From assembly GCA_017883305.1 (NCBI GenBank), contig JADGNU010000002.1, forward strand, positions 1-51,639: DNA of 51,639 nucleotides. The letters run 5' to 3'. The DNA comes from Candidatus Aminicenantes bacterium. GTDB taxonomy: Bacteria; Acidobacteriota; Aminicenantia; Aminicenantales; Saccharicenantaceae. How positions within the stretch are numbered: the first letter of the stretch is position 1; each line of letters begins with the position of its first letter. Below the pieces are notes generated by a model that searched no databases, was not told the DNA's origin, and was given only the letters and a program-made list of their open reading frames with translations. Shown here piece by piece: positions 8,691 through 18,342 of this stretch. A program made the translations under genes and the position numbers.

Positions 8691-8720
8691 GACTGTCGAT
8701 TTATCCCACGGGAGAGAACC

Positions 8721-9377
8721 ATGAAGAGAACGGAAAGGCATCACCTCAAAGAAGACGATATGGCGCAGGGCGTCCATTGGCTGGTCGCGTTCTTCGAGAA
8801 ATACAAGCGCGAGATCTATATCGTCGCCGGCGCGGTCGCGTTCGCGGCCGTCGTCTTCGCCGGGCTCCTCGTCGTGCGCTCCCATGCCCGCGGCGTCCGG
8901 AGCAAGGCGGTCGGCCAGGTCACGGCTCTGGCGGCCGAAGTGGCCCAGAAGCCCGAGAAGCTGGCCGATCTCGAAAAGCTCTCGGCCAAGGGGCAGACCG
9001 CCCGCCTGGCCAACGTCGAGTTGGCCCGGTACTGGGCCGAGAAAGGCGACGCGGCCAAGGCGGGATCCTATCTTGCGAAGCTTCCGGCCGGTCCGAAGGA
9101 CCTCCTCTTTTACCAGGCCGAGGACCTCAAAGCCCAGATCGCCCTCGGCCAGAAGGACTTCGACGCGGCCATCGCCATCTACAAGAAGGTCGTCGACGAG
9201 AAGCCGAAGGTCTATCCGGCCGATGCCGCCCTGTTCCACCTGGCGGAGAGCCGGGAGCTCAAGGGCGAGACGGCGGCGGCGCTCGAGCTCTACAAGAAGC
9301 TCCAGGCGGATTACGCCCAGTCCTATTTTGGCTATGAGGCCGCCCTCAAGGTCGGTAAGCTGGAAGCCCGAAAGTAA
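8721..9377 (+). CDS. membrane-anchored tetratricopeptide-repeat protein (YfgM-like)
   Basis: The start MKRTERHHLKEDD is preceded by gggagag. A single TM helix (IYIVAGAVAFAAVVFAGLLVV) is followed by TPR-like helical repeats. The ORF-track N-terminal extension from 8619 is encoded by the repeat arm and I discarded it. Confidence 0.7.
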   Translation: MKRTERHHLKEDDMAQGVHWLVAFFEKYKREIYIVAGAVAFAAVVFAGLLVVRSHARGVRSKAVGQVTALAAEVAQKPEKLADLEKLSAKGQTARLANVELARYWAEKGDAAKAGSYLAKLPAGPKDLLFYQAEDLKAQIALGQKDFDAAIAIYKKVVDEKPKVYPADAALFHLAESRELKGETAAALELYKKLQADYAQSYFGYEAALKVGKLEARK

Positions 9378-9692
<315 letters not shown>

Positions 9693-9714
9693 CCTCGCGT
9701 CGAGAAGGACCTTG

Positions 9715-9750
9715 AAAGAGGAGTGAACCCGCTTCACTCCTCTTTTTTTT
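9715..9750 (+). terminator. Rho-independent terminator
   Basis: An 11-bp perfect stem, AGAGGAGTGAA (9717-9727) with TTCACTCCTCT (9733-9743), has a 5-nt loop and is followed by seven T residues (9744-9750). Confidence 0.85.
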
Positions 9751-9759
9751 CCTGCGATC

Positions 9760-10695
9760 ATGAACCCTATGACGGGCGACCGAAAGACCTGGCTGCACGG
9801 GCTCCTCTTCGGCTTGACGATCCTGACGACATGGTTCGCCGGCCTGTTCTTCGCGATGTCCTTCCTGTCGACGGCAGGCGTATCCGGAATCTCGCTCTTC
9901 GACCCCAGCGTTGTCGGCCTGGGTTTCCTCTACGCCCTGGCCCTGATGATCATTCTCACCGGACACGAGCTCGGCCACTACCTGACCTGCCGCCGTTACG
10001 GGGTCCTGGCCACCTACCCATACTTCATCCCCGGCCCGCCGTTCCTGGGGACGTTCGGGGCCTTCATCCGCATCAAGTCTCCGGTCCGCTTCAAGCAGCA
10101 GATCTTCGACGTCGGCGCGAACGGACCCCTGACCGGATTCGCCCTGGCCTTGCCCGCCCTCGTCATCGGCCTGGCGTTCTCCAAGGTCGGCCCTGTCCCC
10201 ATGACCCCGGATACGATCTCATTCGGCGAGCCGCTCCTCTTCAGGCTCCTGAGCGGGCTTTTCTTCGGCCGGATCCCCGAGGGTTCGTCCCTCATCCTGC
10301 ATCCGGTCGGCTTCGCCGGCTGGGTCGGTCTGCTGGTTACGGCGATCAACCTGGTGCCCCTCGGCCAGCTGGATGGCGGGCACGTCGCCTACGCCCTTCT
10401 CGGACGGCGGGCCCGGCTACTCTCACGGATCATGGTCGGTTTTCTCATCGTCATGGGCCTCTTCTTCCACCTGACCTGGCTCATCCTGGCCGCCGTTCTC
10501 CTCTTTTTCGAATTCCGTTCGAAGATGCGCCTCCAACATCCGCCCGTCCTCGACGAAGACGCGCCCCTCGGAACGAAAAGGACGATCCTGAGCATCGTGA
10601 TCCTGCTCATCTTCATCCTGTCGTTCATTCCGGACCCGGTCAAAGGCGTCGGATTGCTGGACTTGATCAAGGGCGCGCCGGGGTCGCTCGGATGA
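9760..10695 (+). CDS. site-2 protease family (M50) membrane metalloprotease
   Basis: HELGH zinc motif, NLVPLGQLDGGH motif and multiple TM segments. Confidence 0.85.
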   Translation: MNPMTGDRKTWLHGLLFGLTILTTWFAGLFFAMSFLSTAGVSGISLFDPSVVGLGFLYALALMIILTGHELGHYLTCRRYGVLATYPYFIPGPPFLGTFGAFIRIKSPVRFKQQIFDVGANGPLTGFALALPALVIGLAFSKVGPVPMTPDTISFGEPLLFRLLSGLFFGRIPEGSSLILHPVGFAGWVGLLVTAINLVPLGQLDGGHVAYALLGRRARLLSRIMVGFLIVMGLFFHLTWLILAAVLLFFEFRSKMRLQHPPVLDEDAPLGTKRTILSIVILLIFILSFIPDPVKGVGLLDLIKGAPGSLG

Positions 10696-10696
10696 C

Positions 10697-10727
10697 CCGC
10701 GTCGGTCATTCCGCGGCGCGGATTTTT
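10697..10727 (+). terminator. weak candidate intrinsic terminator
   Basis: A 5-bp GC stem (CCGCG 10697-10701 with CGCGG 10717-10721) has a 15-nt loop and is followed by ATTTTT. The stem is short, so confidence is low. Confidence 0.25.
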
Positions 10728-10842
10728 GCACAAATTATGTGGAAAAGCTGTGGAAAAGGACGACTTTCATCGAGCCAATATCCGTTCCTGCATGAACATA
10801 GCTCGGATTGCACAAGAACTCGTCACGGCCGCAATTCCCGCC

Positions 10843-10871
10843 TTTTCAGTGAGTTAATAACTCATTGAAAA
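10843..10871. promoter_or_regulatory. 29-bp near-perfect palindrome (candidate operator)
   Basis: TTTTCAGTGAGTTA-A-TAACTCATTGAAAA has 14-nt arms with one mismatch. The right arm overlaps the -35 hexamer of the promoter listed next. Confidence 0.45.
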
Positions 10872-10894
10872 GACTGATGTTGTGGCGTTAAGAT
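10865..10894 (+). promoter_or_regulatory. sigma70-type promoter (TTGAAA-18-TAAGAT)
   Basis: TTGAAA at 10865-10870 and TAAGAT at 10889-10894. The RBS gaaggagg lies upstream of the ATG at 10919. Confidence 0.4.
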
Positions 10895-10918
10895 AGAGGA
10901 CGGCCGAAGGAGGCTTTC

Positions 10919-11602
10919 ATGGCCGACCAGTTCCGCGACGCCGAGGCGACATTCTCGCTCCTGCGCGAAAAATTCAAGGACAAAAAGATCTCGCCGCAGG
11001 AGTTCGCCGCTTCCCTGAAACAGCTCCGCATCAAGGACGAAGAGGGGCGCTTCTGGGTGATCGGCGCGCAGAGCGGCAAGTGGTACGCCTTCGAGAACGG
11101 CGAGTGGTTCGAGGCCAAGCCCCCGTCCCAGATGGAGAAGAAGGCGATCTGCATCGCCTGCGGGTTCGAGAACGACCTCGAGGCCGAATCCTGCGCGCGC
11201 TGCGGCAATACGGGCGCTGAATCCGCGCCGGAGGCCCTGGCCGAGGCGGACGGAGCGGGACCCGCGGCGGCCGTCGAGGCGGCCCTCTTGCTCGCCGGCC
11301 CGGAGGTCACCGTCCGGTCCGTCGACATCGTCTCTTTCTTATGGTTCTTCGGCGTGCTGGGTCTCTTCGCCGGGATCCTCTTCGGCCTGCTCGCCGGCGC
11401 CGTCGGCCTCTTCGCCGGCTTCGTCGCCCACCTGCCCGCGTTCTTCGTCGATCATCAAGGGGACCTTCTGGGCGGACTCGCCTTCTCCGTCGTCGGCGGC
11501 ATCCTGGGCTTCGCGATCGGCGCCGGGGCGGGAGCGGTCGCGGCCGTCGTCTCGAACGGGATCCTGTCGCTCATCGGCGGAGTCAGGCTCCGCCGCTCCT
11601 GA
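10919..11602 (+). CDS. zinc-ribbon domain membrane protein
   Basis: A GYF_2-like segment (FWVIGAQSGKWYAFENGEWFEAKPP) is followed by a CxxC...CxxC zinc ribbon (CIACGFEN...CARCG) and a glycine-rich C-terminal TM region. Confidence 0.7.
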   Translation: MADQFRDAEATFSLLREKFKDKKISPQEFAASLKQLRIKDEEGRFWVIGAQSGKWYAFENGEWFEAKPPSQMEKKAICIACGFENDLEAESCARCGNTGAESAPEALAEADGAGPAAAVEAALLLAGPEVTVRSVDIVSFLWFFGVLGLFAGILFGLLAGAVGLFAGFVAHLPAFFVDHQGDLLGGLAFSVVGGILGFAIGAGAGAVAAVVSNGILSLIGGVRLRRS

Positions 11603-13889
11603 GCTTCGCCAGTCCCCAGGCGATCTGCCCAACCGAGAGCGATTCGTCGTTGGGCGAATAGGCCAACGGCCGGAACACGCGGAACCCTTTGGCTTCGAGC
11701 TTCCTCTCCGCGCTTTCGAGGAGCCGCCTGTTGAGAAAAACCCCTCCCGCGAGCGAGACGTCTTCCGTCCCGTGGACCCGCCGGGCCGCCTCCGCGACGC
11801 GGACGATGAGGACGGCCAGGGCGTCGTGGAACTTCGCCGAGACGACTCCCACAGACACGCCCTCTTGAACGTCGCGGACGAGGGCGCGAAGGAGAGGGGC
11901 GAACGAGATCTCGGCCGGGCGGCCGGGCCCCGCTTCGGTCATCTCGATCGGATAGCGGCCGCGATAAGCCCGATCGGCGGCGGCCTCGAAACGCATGGCC
12001 GCCTCCGCCTCGAATTCGAGGCGCTCGGGCGCCGCCCCGGCGATGAACGAAACGGCGTCGAAGAGACGGCCGCAGCTCGACGTGAGAGGACTGCGAAAGC
12101 CGCTCCGGCTCATTTGAAGAACGGTCGCGCGCCGCGACCGCCCGATCCGCCGGAGGGCCGCGAGGTCGGGGATAGTCCCGCCGAAGGCTTTGTCGAGCCA
12201 GGCCAGGGCCATCCGCCAGGGCTCGCGCGCCGCCAGGTCCCCGCCGGGGAGCGGCACCGGCTCGAACCGGGCCAGACGCTCGAAGTCCCGGTAATCGGCG
12301 AGCAGGAATTCGCCGCCCCAGGCCGTTCCGTCCGCGCCATAGCCATAGCCGTCGAGGGCCACGCCGAGGACGCGCCGCCGCGGCAGGTGCCCGTGCTCGA
12401 GGAGCGGGGCGAGAACGTGCGCGTGATGGTGCTGGACGCGGAAGTGGGGGAGGCCCATCCGGGAGGCGTACCGCGTCGTCCGGAAATCGGGATGCAGGTC
12501 CGAGACGACGGCCTCGGGGCGGGCATCGAAAAGCTTGAGGAGATGGGCCAGGGTCTCTTCGAAATAGCCGAAGTTCCGGTAATCGTCGAGGTCGCCGAGG
12601 AACTGGCTGGTGACGACGTAGCCGTTCTTGTAGAGGGAGATTGTGTCTTTGAGCTCGCCGCCGAGGGCGACGAGGACGCGGTCGGAGCGGAGCGCTTCCG
12701 GAACGGACTGCGGGTATGGGACATAGCCGCGGGCCCGGCGGACGAAGAGGGGGCGGCCCGCGACGACCTTGACGACGGAGTCATCGGCTCGCATCGCGAT
12801 CGGGCGGTCGTGGGTCAGCACGGCCCGGCAGAGTCCGCGCACGCCCTCGCGTTCTTCCTTGATGATCGGGGCGTCTTTGGCGTTGGAGCTCGTGGCCACG
12901 ATGAGCTCGAGGCGTTCGAGGAGGAGGCGGTGCAGCGGCGTGTAGGGCAGCATGAAGCCGATCTCGTCGAGGCCGGGGGCGATGAGCGGGATGTCTTTCT
13001 TTTTCTTGAGGAGCACGATCGGTCGGCGCGGCGAGAGCAGGAGCTCGCGCTCGGCGGGCGAGACGACGGCGAAGCGGCGGACGGCCGCAAGGTCGCGGGC
13101 CATCAGGGCCAGCGGTTTCGTCCGGCGGGCTTTCGTCCGGCGGAGGCGGGTGACGGCCGCGGCGTTGAACGGGTCGCAGACGAGGTGAAAACCGCCCAGG
13201 CCCTTGACGGCCAGGACCTGCCCGGCGCGGATGAGGGCCACGGCTTCGGGGATGTCGCCGCGGAGCTTGCGGCCCGAGCGGGCGTCGAGGAGCGTCAGTC
13301 GCGGCCCGCAGACCGGGCAGGCGATGGGCTGGGCGTGGTGGCGCCGGTCGAGGGGGTCCTCATATTCGCGGCGGCAGTCCGGGCACATCGTGAAGCCGGC
13401 CATGGTCGTCCGGGAGCGGTCGTAGGGCAGGCCGTTGACGATCGTGTAGCGCGGGCCGCAGTTCGTGCAGTTGGTGAAGGCGTAGCGGTAGCGGCGCTCG
13501 CCGGGCGTTTCGATCTCCTTCGCGCAGTCGGGGCAGGTGGCGATGTCGGGCGAAATGAAGACGAAGCCCGTGTGATCGCGCGTCTGGCGGATCTCGAAGC
13601 CGGGGCGGCCTTCGAGGGGCGCCGGGCGGACGTCGAGCTTTTCGATGACGGCGAGCGGGGGCAGGCCATCACGCAGCGCGGCGGGGAAACCTGAGCGGAC
13701 GATCCGGGACGGGCCTTCGACGTGGATCTCGACGCCGGAGCCGGCGTTCTCGACCCAGCCATCGAGGCCGAGCCCGCGGGCCAGGCGGTAGACGTAGGGC
13801 CGGAAGCCGACGCCCTGGACGACGCCGAACACGGTCAGCCGCGCGGCGGATCGACCGCGGGCCGGCCGGATCGGGGACGCCGTCTTCAC
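11583..13889 (-). CDS. hypF: carbamoyltransferase HypF ([NiFe]-hydrogenase maturation type)
   Basis: The 768-aa product has an acylphosphatase-like N-terminus (VFGVVQGVGFRPYVYRLA) and two CxxC-x18-CxxC zinc-finger pairs (CPDCAKE...CTNCGPRY; CPDCRREY...CPVCGPR). YrdC-like and Kae1-like C-terminal regions follow. Confidence 0.85.
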   Translation of the reverse strand: MKTASPIRPARGRSAARLTVFGVVQGVGFRPYVYRLARGLGLDGWVENAGSGVEIHVEGPSRIVRSGFPAALRDGLPPLAVIEKLDVRPAPLEGRPGFEIRQTRDHTGFVFISPDIATCPDCAKEIETPGERRYRYAFTNCTNCGPRYTIVNGLPYDRSRTTMAGFTMCPDCRREYEDPLDRRHHAQPIACPVCGPRLTLLDARSGRKLRGDIPEAVALIRAGQVLAVKGLGGFHLVCDPFNAAAVTRLRRTKARRTKPLALMARDLAAVRRFAVVSPAERELLLSPRRPIVLLKKKKDIPLIAPGLDEIGFMLPYTPLHRLLLERLELIVATSSNAKDAPIIKEEREGVRGLCRAVLTHDRPIAMRADDSVVKVVAGRPLFVRRARGYVPYPQSVPEALRSDRVLVALGGELKDTISLYKNGYVVTSQFLGDLDDYRNFGYFEETLAHLLKLFDARPEAVVSDLHPDFRTTRYASRMGLPHFRVQHHHAHVLAPLLEHGHLPRRRVLGVALDGYGYGADGTAWGGEFLLADYRDFERLARFEPVPLPGGDLAAREPWRMALAWLDKAFGGTIPDLAALRRIGRSRRATVLQMSRSGFRSPLTSSCGRLFDAVSFIAGAAPERLEFEAEAAMRFEAAADRAYRGRYPIEMTEAGPGRPAEISFAPLLRALVRDVQEGVSVGVVSAKFHDALAVLIVRVAEAARRVHGTEDVSLAGGVFLNRRLLESAERKLEAKGFRVFRPLAYSPNDESLSVGQIAWGLAKLRSGGA

Positions 13890-14446
13890 GACGAGGCCCG
13901 CTTGCGGGCGGCGTCCCGGCTGTAGACGCAGCCGCAGTAGTCCTGCCGGTAGAGGCCGTGGGCCCGGCTGAGGTCGACGCTCTTCTTGAAGCCGTCCTTC
14001 TTCTTGAAGTCCGCCTCGAGGAAGGCGACGCCGTGACGGGCGGCGAATTGCCGTCCCATCCGGTTCAGGACCGCGGCCTTCTTCCAGGGGCTGAGGCTCA
14101 TGACCGTGGTGAAGGCGTCGAATCCCTCGCGGGCCGCGCGCGCGGCCGTGCGGCCGAGCCGGACGGCGTAGCAGACGTCGCAGCGGCGGCCCTTCTCCGG
14201 CTCGTCCTTGAACTTCAGGGTCAGGGCGGTCCAGCCCTCCGGGTCATCGTCGTCCTCGATGAGGCCGACGCCCGAGTCGAGAGCGACCTTGCGGGCCTCG
14301 CCGAGCCGGAGGTCGTACTCTTCGCGCGGCTGGATGTTCGAATTCGAGAAGAATCCGGTCACCTCGTAGGCGTCTTTGAGCATGCCGAAGACGTAAAGGG
14401 CGTCGGGGGCGCAACAGACGTGGACCAGGATGCGGGGCTTTGGCAC
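13886..14446 (-). CDS. queH: epoxyqueuosine reductase QueH (DUF208)
   Basis: Motifs HVCCAPD, RCDVCY and QDYCGCVYS are present. The stop overlaps the hypF start by 4 nt. Confidence 0.85.
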   Translation of the reverse strand: MPKPRILVHVCCAPDALYVFGMLKDAYEVTGFFSNSNIQPREEYDLRLGEARKVALDSGVGLIEDDDDPEGWTALTLKFKDEPEKGRRCDVCYAVRLGRTAARAAREGFDAFTTVMSLSPWKKAAVLNRMGRQFAARHGVAFLEADFKKKDGFKKSVDLSRAHGLYRQDYCGCVYSRDAARKRASS

Positions 14447-14450
14447 GGGA

Positions 14451-15488
14451 TTACTTCAGGTGCTCCAGGCGGGCTTCGAGATCGGCGATGGTCTTGTTGA
14501 CGCCGTCGATCTGGAAGTAGATGACCGTCAGCTCCTCATGGTCGACCCGTGCCCCGTCGAGGATGCGGCCGACGTTCTCGAAAAGGGGCTCCATGAGGCG
14601 CTTGACGTCGACGATCTTGTCCTGGATGCGCTCCTTGGCCTTCTGCCACTCCCGGATCTCCTTCTCGCGCGCCTGGAGGCGTTCGCGGTACTCCTCTTCG
14701 ATGCGCTGGATGGCGGCGTTGAAGACGCGCACCCGGGCCTCGACCCCCTCGAGACGGCGGTCAAGCCGGTAACGCTCTTCCTGGAGACGCGGCGCCTTCT
14801 CGTCCAGGGCGGTGATGAGGCCGGTCAGGGAGGCCGCTTTCTCCCGGGACTTGTCCAGCCGGGCCGTGCGGTCGGATTCGGAGGGCCGCGCCGTTGCCTC
14901 GAGCTGACGGATGTCCTTTTCGATGCCGGCGAGCTGGGCCTTGGCGGTCTCGGCCTCGCGAAGGGACAATTCGAGCGCCTCGAGGATTTCGTTCTTCTTG
15001 TTGGCCAGGGCGAGCATCTCGTCCTGGTGAGGCCGCCGGGCCTCCTCCTGCTCGGCGATGAGTTCCCGGAACCGCTTGAGCCCGGTGTCGTGCTCGCGGC
15101 CGAGGACCTCGATCCGCGAATAGACGTCATGCCAGGTCTTCTGGTGATGGCCGATCTCCTGGTCGAGGCCGGAAAGCTTGGAGCATTCCTCCTCGATGCA
15201 GGAGTCCTGGACGTCCTCGTCCCAAGCCTGTTTCCCGAGCTCACGCCAGAGAGCGGCCTTCTTCTCCCGCTCCTTTTTCAGCTTGGCCTGGATCCGGAGG
15301 CGAAGCATGTGACGGCGGGCGCCCGACAGGAAGGCGCTGATGCGCCGGCGGAGGTCCTTGTCGCGGAGGAAGATGAAGACAACGAGCAGCAGGATGACGC
15401 AAAGCAGGAACCACAGCAGCCAGAACGGAAGACCCTCTTGGGCGCCGGCGGGGGGCTGGACCTGGAGGCTCGCTTCCATGGTCCTCAT
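14451..15488 (-). CDS. membrane-anchored coiled-coil protein (unknown function)
   Basis: One N-terminal TM helix (FWLLWFLLCVILLLVVFIFL) is followed by about 280 aa of heptad-rich E/K/R/L sequence. The start is ambiguous (15488 or 15479). The ORF-track start at 15530 lies inside repeat copy 2. Confidence 0.65.
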   Translation of the reverse strand: MRTMEASLQVQPPAGAQEGLPFWLLWFLLCVILLLVVFIFLRDKDLRRRISAFLSGARRHMLRLRIQAKLKKEREKKAALWRELGKQAWDEDVQDSCIEEECSKLSGLDQEIGHHQKTWHDVYSRIEVLGREHDTGLKRFRELIAEQEEARRPHQDEMLALANKKNEILEALELSLREAETAKAQLAGIEKDIRQLEATARPSESDRTARLDKSREKAASLTGLITALDEKAPRLQEERYRLDRRLEGVEARVRVFNAAIQRIEEEYRERLQAREKEIREWQKAKERIQDKIVDVKRLMEPLFENVGRILDGARVDHEELTVIYFQIDGVNKTIADLEARLEHLK

Positions 15489-15517
15489 TATGTCACAGGG
15501 CAAGCGTCCCCGACAAT

Positions 15518-15610
15518 AAGAAGGGGTCAAACCTAAACTTTTAAACTTTTAGGCCCCTCGGAGACGGCCTTTTCGATAAAAGTTTAAAAGTTTAGGTTTG
15601 ACCCCATCTT
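15518..15610. repeat. palindromic element copy 2 (93 bp)
   Basis: A perfect 29-bp stem pairs GGGGTCAAACCTAAACTTTTAAACTTTTA (15523-15551) with 15577-15605. The 25-nt loop contains a small AGGCC/GGCCT hairpin. The outer AAGAAGGGG / CCCCATCTT flanks are conserved with copies 1 and 3. Confidence 0.9.
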
Positions 15611-16104
15611 CGGAACAGGCGGACGAGCGCGTCCTTGGTCATGAGCTCCGACTGGCGGAAACGGATCATGCCCTTGCGGTCGATGATGATCGTGGACGGG
15701 ATGTAGTCCCCCGGCTCATAGGCCTTGATGATCTCGGGCGTCGCCAGGGCGATCGGATAATTGACCCCTATCTTGCGCGTCCAATCGGTGAGCTCGGGGA
15801 CTGTCTTCTCGTCGACGGACAGGCCGATGATCTCCAACCCCTTGTCTTTGAGCTCCTTGTAGGCGGCGATGAAATCGGGGATCTCGCGGCGGCAGGGCGG
15901 GCACCAGGTCGCCCAGAAGTTGATAACCAGGACCTTGCCCCTGTAGGCGGCCAGATTCAAGGTGTTCCCCTGGAGGTCCTTGACCGAGAAGTCCGGGGCG
16001 GGAACGGCCTTGGCGTCCTCCGCGGGCTGGGCGCAGGCGGCCGTCCCGCCGGCGATCGCCAGGATCAACGTCAATATCGCGAAGCCTCGGGCGAACTTGA
16101 CCAT
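15592..16104 (-). CDS. TlpA/ResA-like periplasmic thiol:disulfide oxidoreductase
   Basis: It has a lipoprotein-like signal (ILAIAGGTAAC) and a thioredoxin WCPPC active site (FWATWCPPCRRE). The last six codons and the stop codon lie inside repeat copy 2. Confidence 0.85.
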   Translation of the reverse strand: MVKFARGFAILTLILAIAGGTAACAQPAEDAKAVPAPDFSVKDLQGNTLNLAAYRGKVLVINFWATWCPPCRREIPDFIAAYKELKDKGLEIIGLSVDEKTVPELTDWTRKIGVNYPIALATPEIIKAYEPGDYIPSTIIIDRKGMIRFRQSELMTKDALVRLFRRWGQT

Positions 16105-16146
16105 GTTCTTCTCCTACACTGGGATATCAGACAGAGTGATGCTAAC

Positions 16147-16175
16147 AATATAGACGAAAGGCGGACACCCGGCAA
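16147..16175 (-). promoter_or_regulatory. sigma70-type promoter (TTGCCG-17-TATATT) for the TlpA-like gene
   Basis: On the minus strand the -35 is at 16175-16170 and the -10 at 16152-16147. The RBS ggagaag precedes the ATG at 16104. Confidence 0.45.
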
Positions 16176-16179
16176 CACA

Positions 16180-16271
16180 AAGAAGGGGTCAAACCTACCT
16201 TTCGTTACTTTTCGATACGAATGTAGGTCGAAGGGCCAATAAGTGACGAAAGGTAGGTTTGGCCCCCTCTT
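16180..16271. repeat. palindromic element copy 3 (92 bp)
   Basis: A 26-bp stem pairs 16185-16210 with 16241-16266. Its two T:G positions (16189:16262 and 16206:16245) are the only non-Watson-Crick pairs. The loop is 30 nt. The outer core AAGAAGGGGTCAAACCTA is shared with copies 1 and 2. Confidence 0.9.
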
Positions 16272-16282
16272 ATTCTCTTTCT

Positions 16283-17187
<905 letters not shown>

Positions 17188-17191
<4 letters not shown>

Positions 17192-18342
17192 TTCTTGACT
17201 CCGATCCAGACGATCTCTTCCTCGGCCCGGTCCTTGGCCATGGCGTCCGCGGCGATCTCCTTGAACGAATCCGTGGTGATGTCGCGGCCGCCCAGCCCGG
17301 CGATGTAGCCGATGAGCGGCGGCATGCCCGGCCGGCCGTAGATCGCGGACTTCACTTCCTGGTAGAAGATGCCGCCCGCGCCGTAGGAGCAGTTCCGGTC
17401 GACGACGGCCGCCTTCTTGACCTTCCCGAGGACCTCGCGGACCCGCTCGAAGGGGAAGGGGCGGAAGACCTTGATGCGCAGGTTCCCGGCCTTGACGCCG
17501 GATTTTCTGAGCTCGTCGACGGCCACCCGGGCCGTGAAGCCCGCCGTCCCCGAGGTGACGAAGATGAAATCGGCATCGTCGCACCGGTAGGGGTCGACGA
17601 GGCCGAGGTCGCGGCCGAAGATCTTCCCGAACTCGCGGCCCGTCTCTTCGATCAGGGCCGGCGCCTTCTCCATGTCCGTCTCGAGCTTGTAGCGGAGCTC
17701 CATGTAGTGCTCCGCCCCGGTCAGGCCGCCGAAGGCCCGCGGGTCGGCCGGCGTCAGCTTGATCGCCGGCTTGAACGGCGGCAGGTACTTGTCGACCAGC
17801 CCCTGGTCCGGGACGTCGACGACCTCATAAGTGTGTGACAGGGCGAACGCATCCAGGATGACCATGGCCGGGATCATCAGCGCCTCCGCGACCTTGAAGG
17901 CCTGGATGACCGTGTCGACGACCTCCTGGTTCGAGGCGCAGTAGAACTGCATCCAGCCCGTATCGCGTTGCGACAGGCTGTCGTTCTGGTCCGCCCAGAT
18001 CGACCAGCCCGGGGCCATGGACCGGTTGACGTTGCCCATGACGATGGGGTGGCGCCCGCCGCCCGCCCAATGGAGCATCTCGTGCATCAGGGCCAGGCCC
18101 TGGGACGACGTCGCGGTGAACGTCCGCGCCCCGGCGACCGACGCGCCGATGCAGGAGGCCATGGCCGAGTGTTCGGACTCGACCTTGATGAACTGGGCGT
18201 TCAGGGTCCCGTCCGAGCACATCTCGGACAGGAGCTCGACGACCTGGGTCTGCGGCGTGATCGGGTAGGCGGAGATGACCTGAGCGCGGGAGAGCATGGC
18301 GCCGTAGGACAGCGCGTGGTTCCCCATCATGACTTTTTTCAT
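17188..18342 (-). CDS. porA: 2-oxoacid:ferredoxin oxidoreductase, alpha subunit
   Basis: The start MKKVMMGNHALSYGAMLSRAQVISAYPITPQT at 18342 is preceded by ggaggag. This is the typical POR/VOR alpha N-terminus. Confidence 0.85.
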
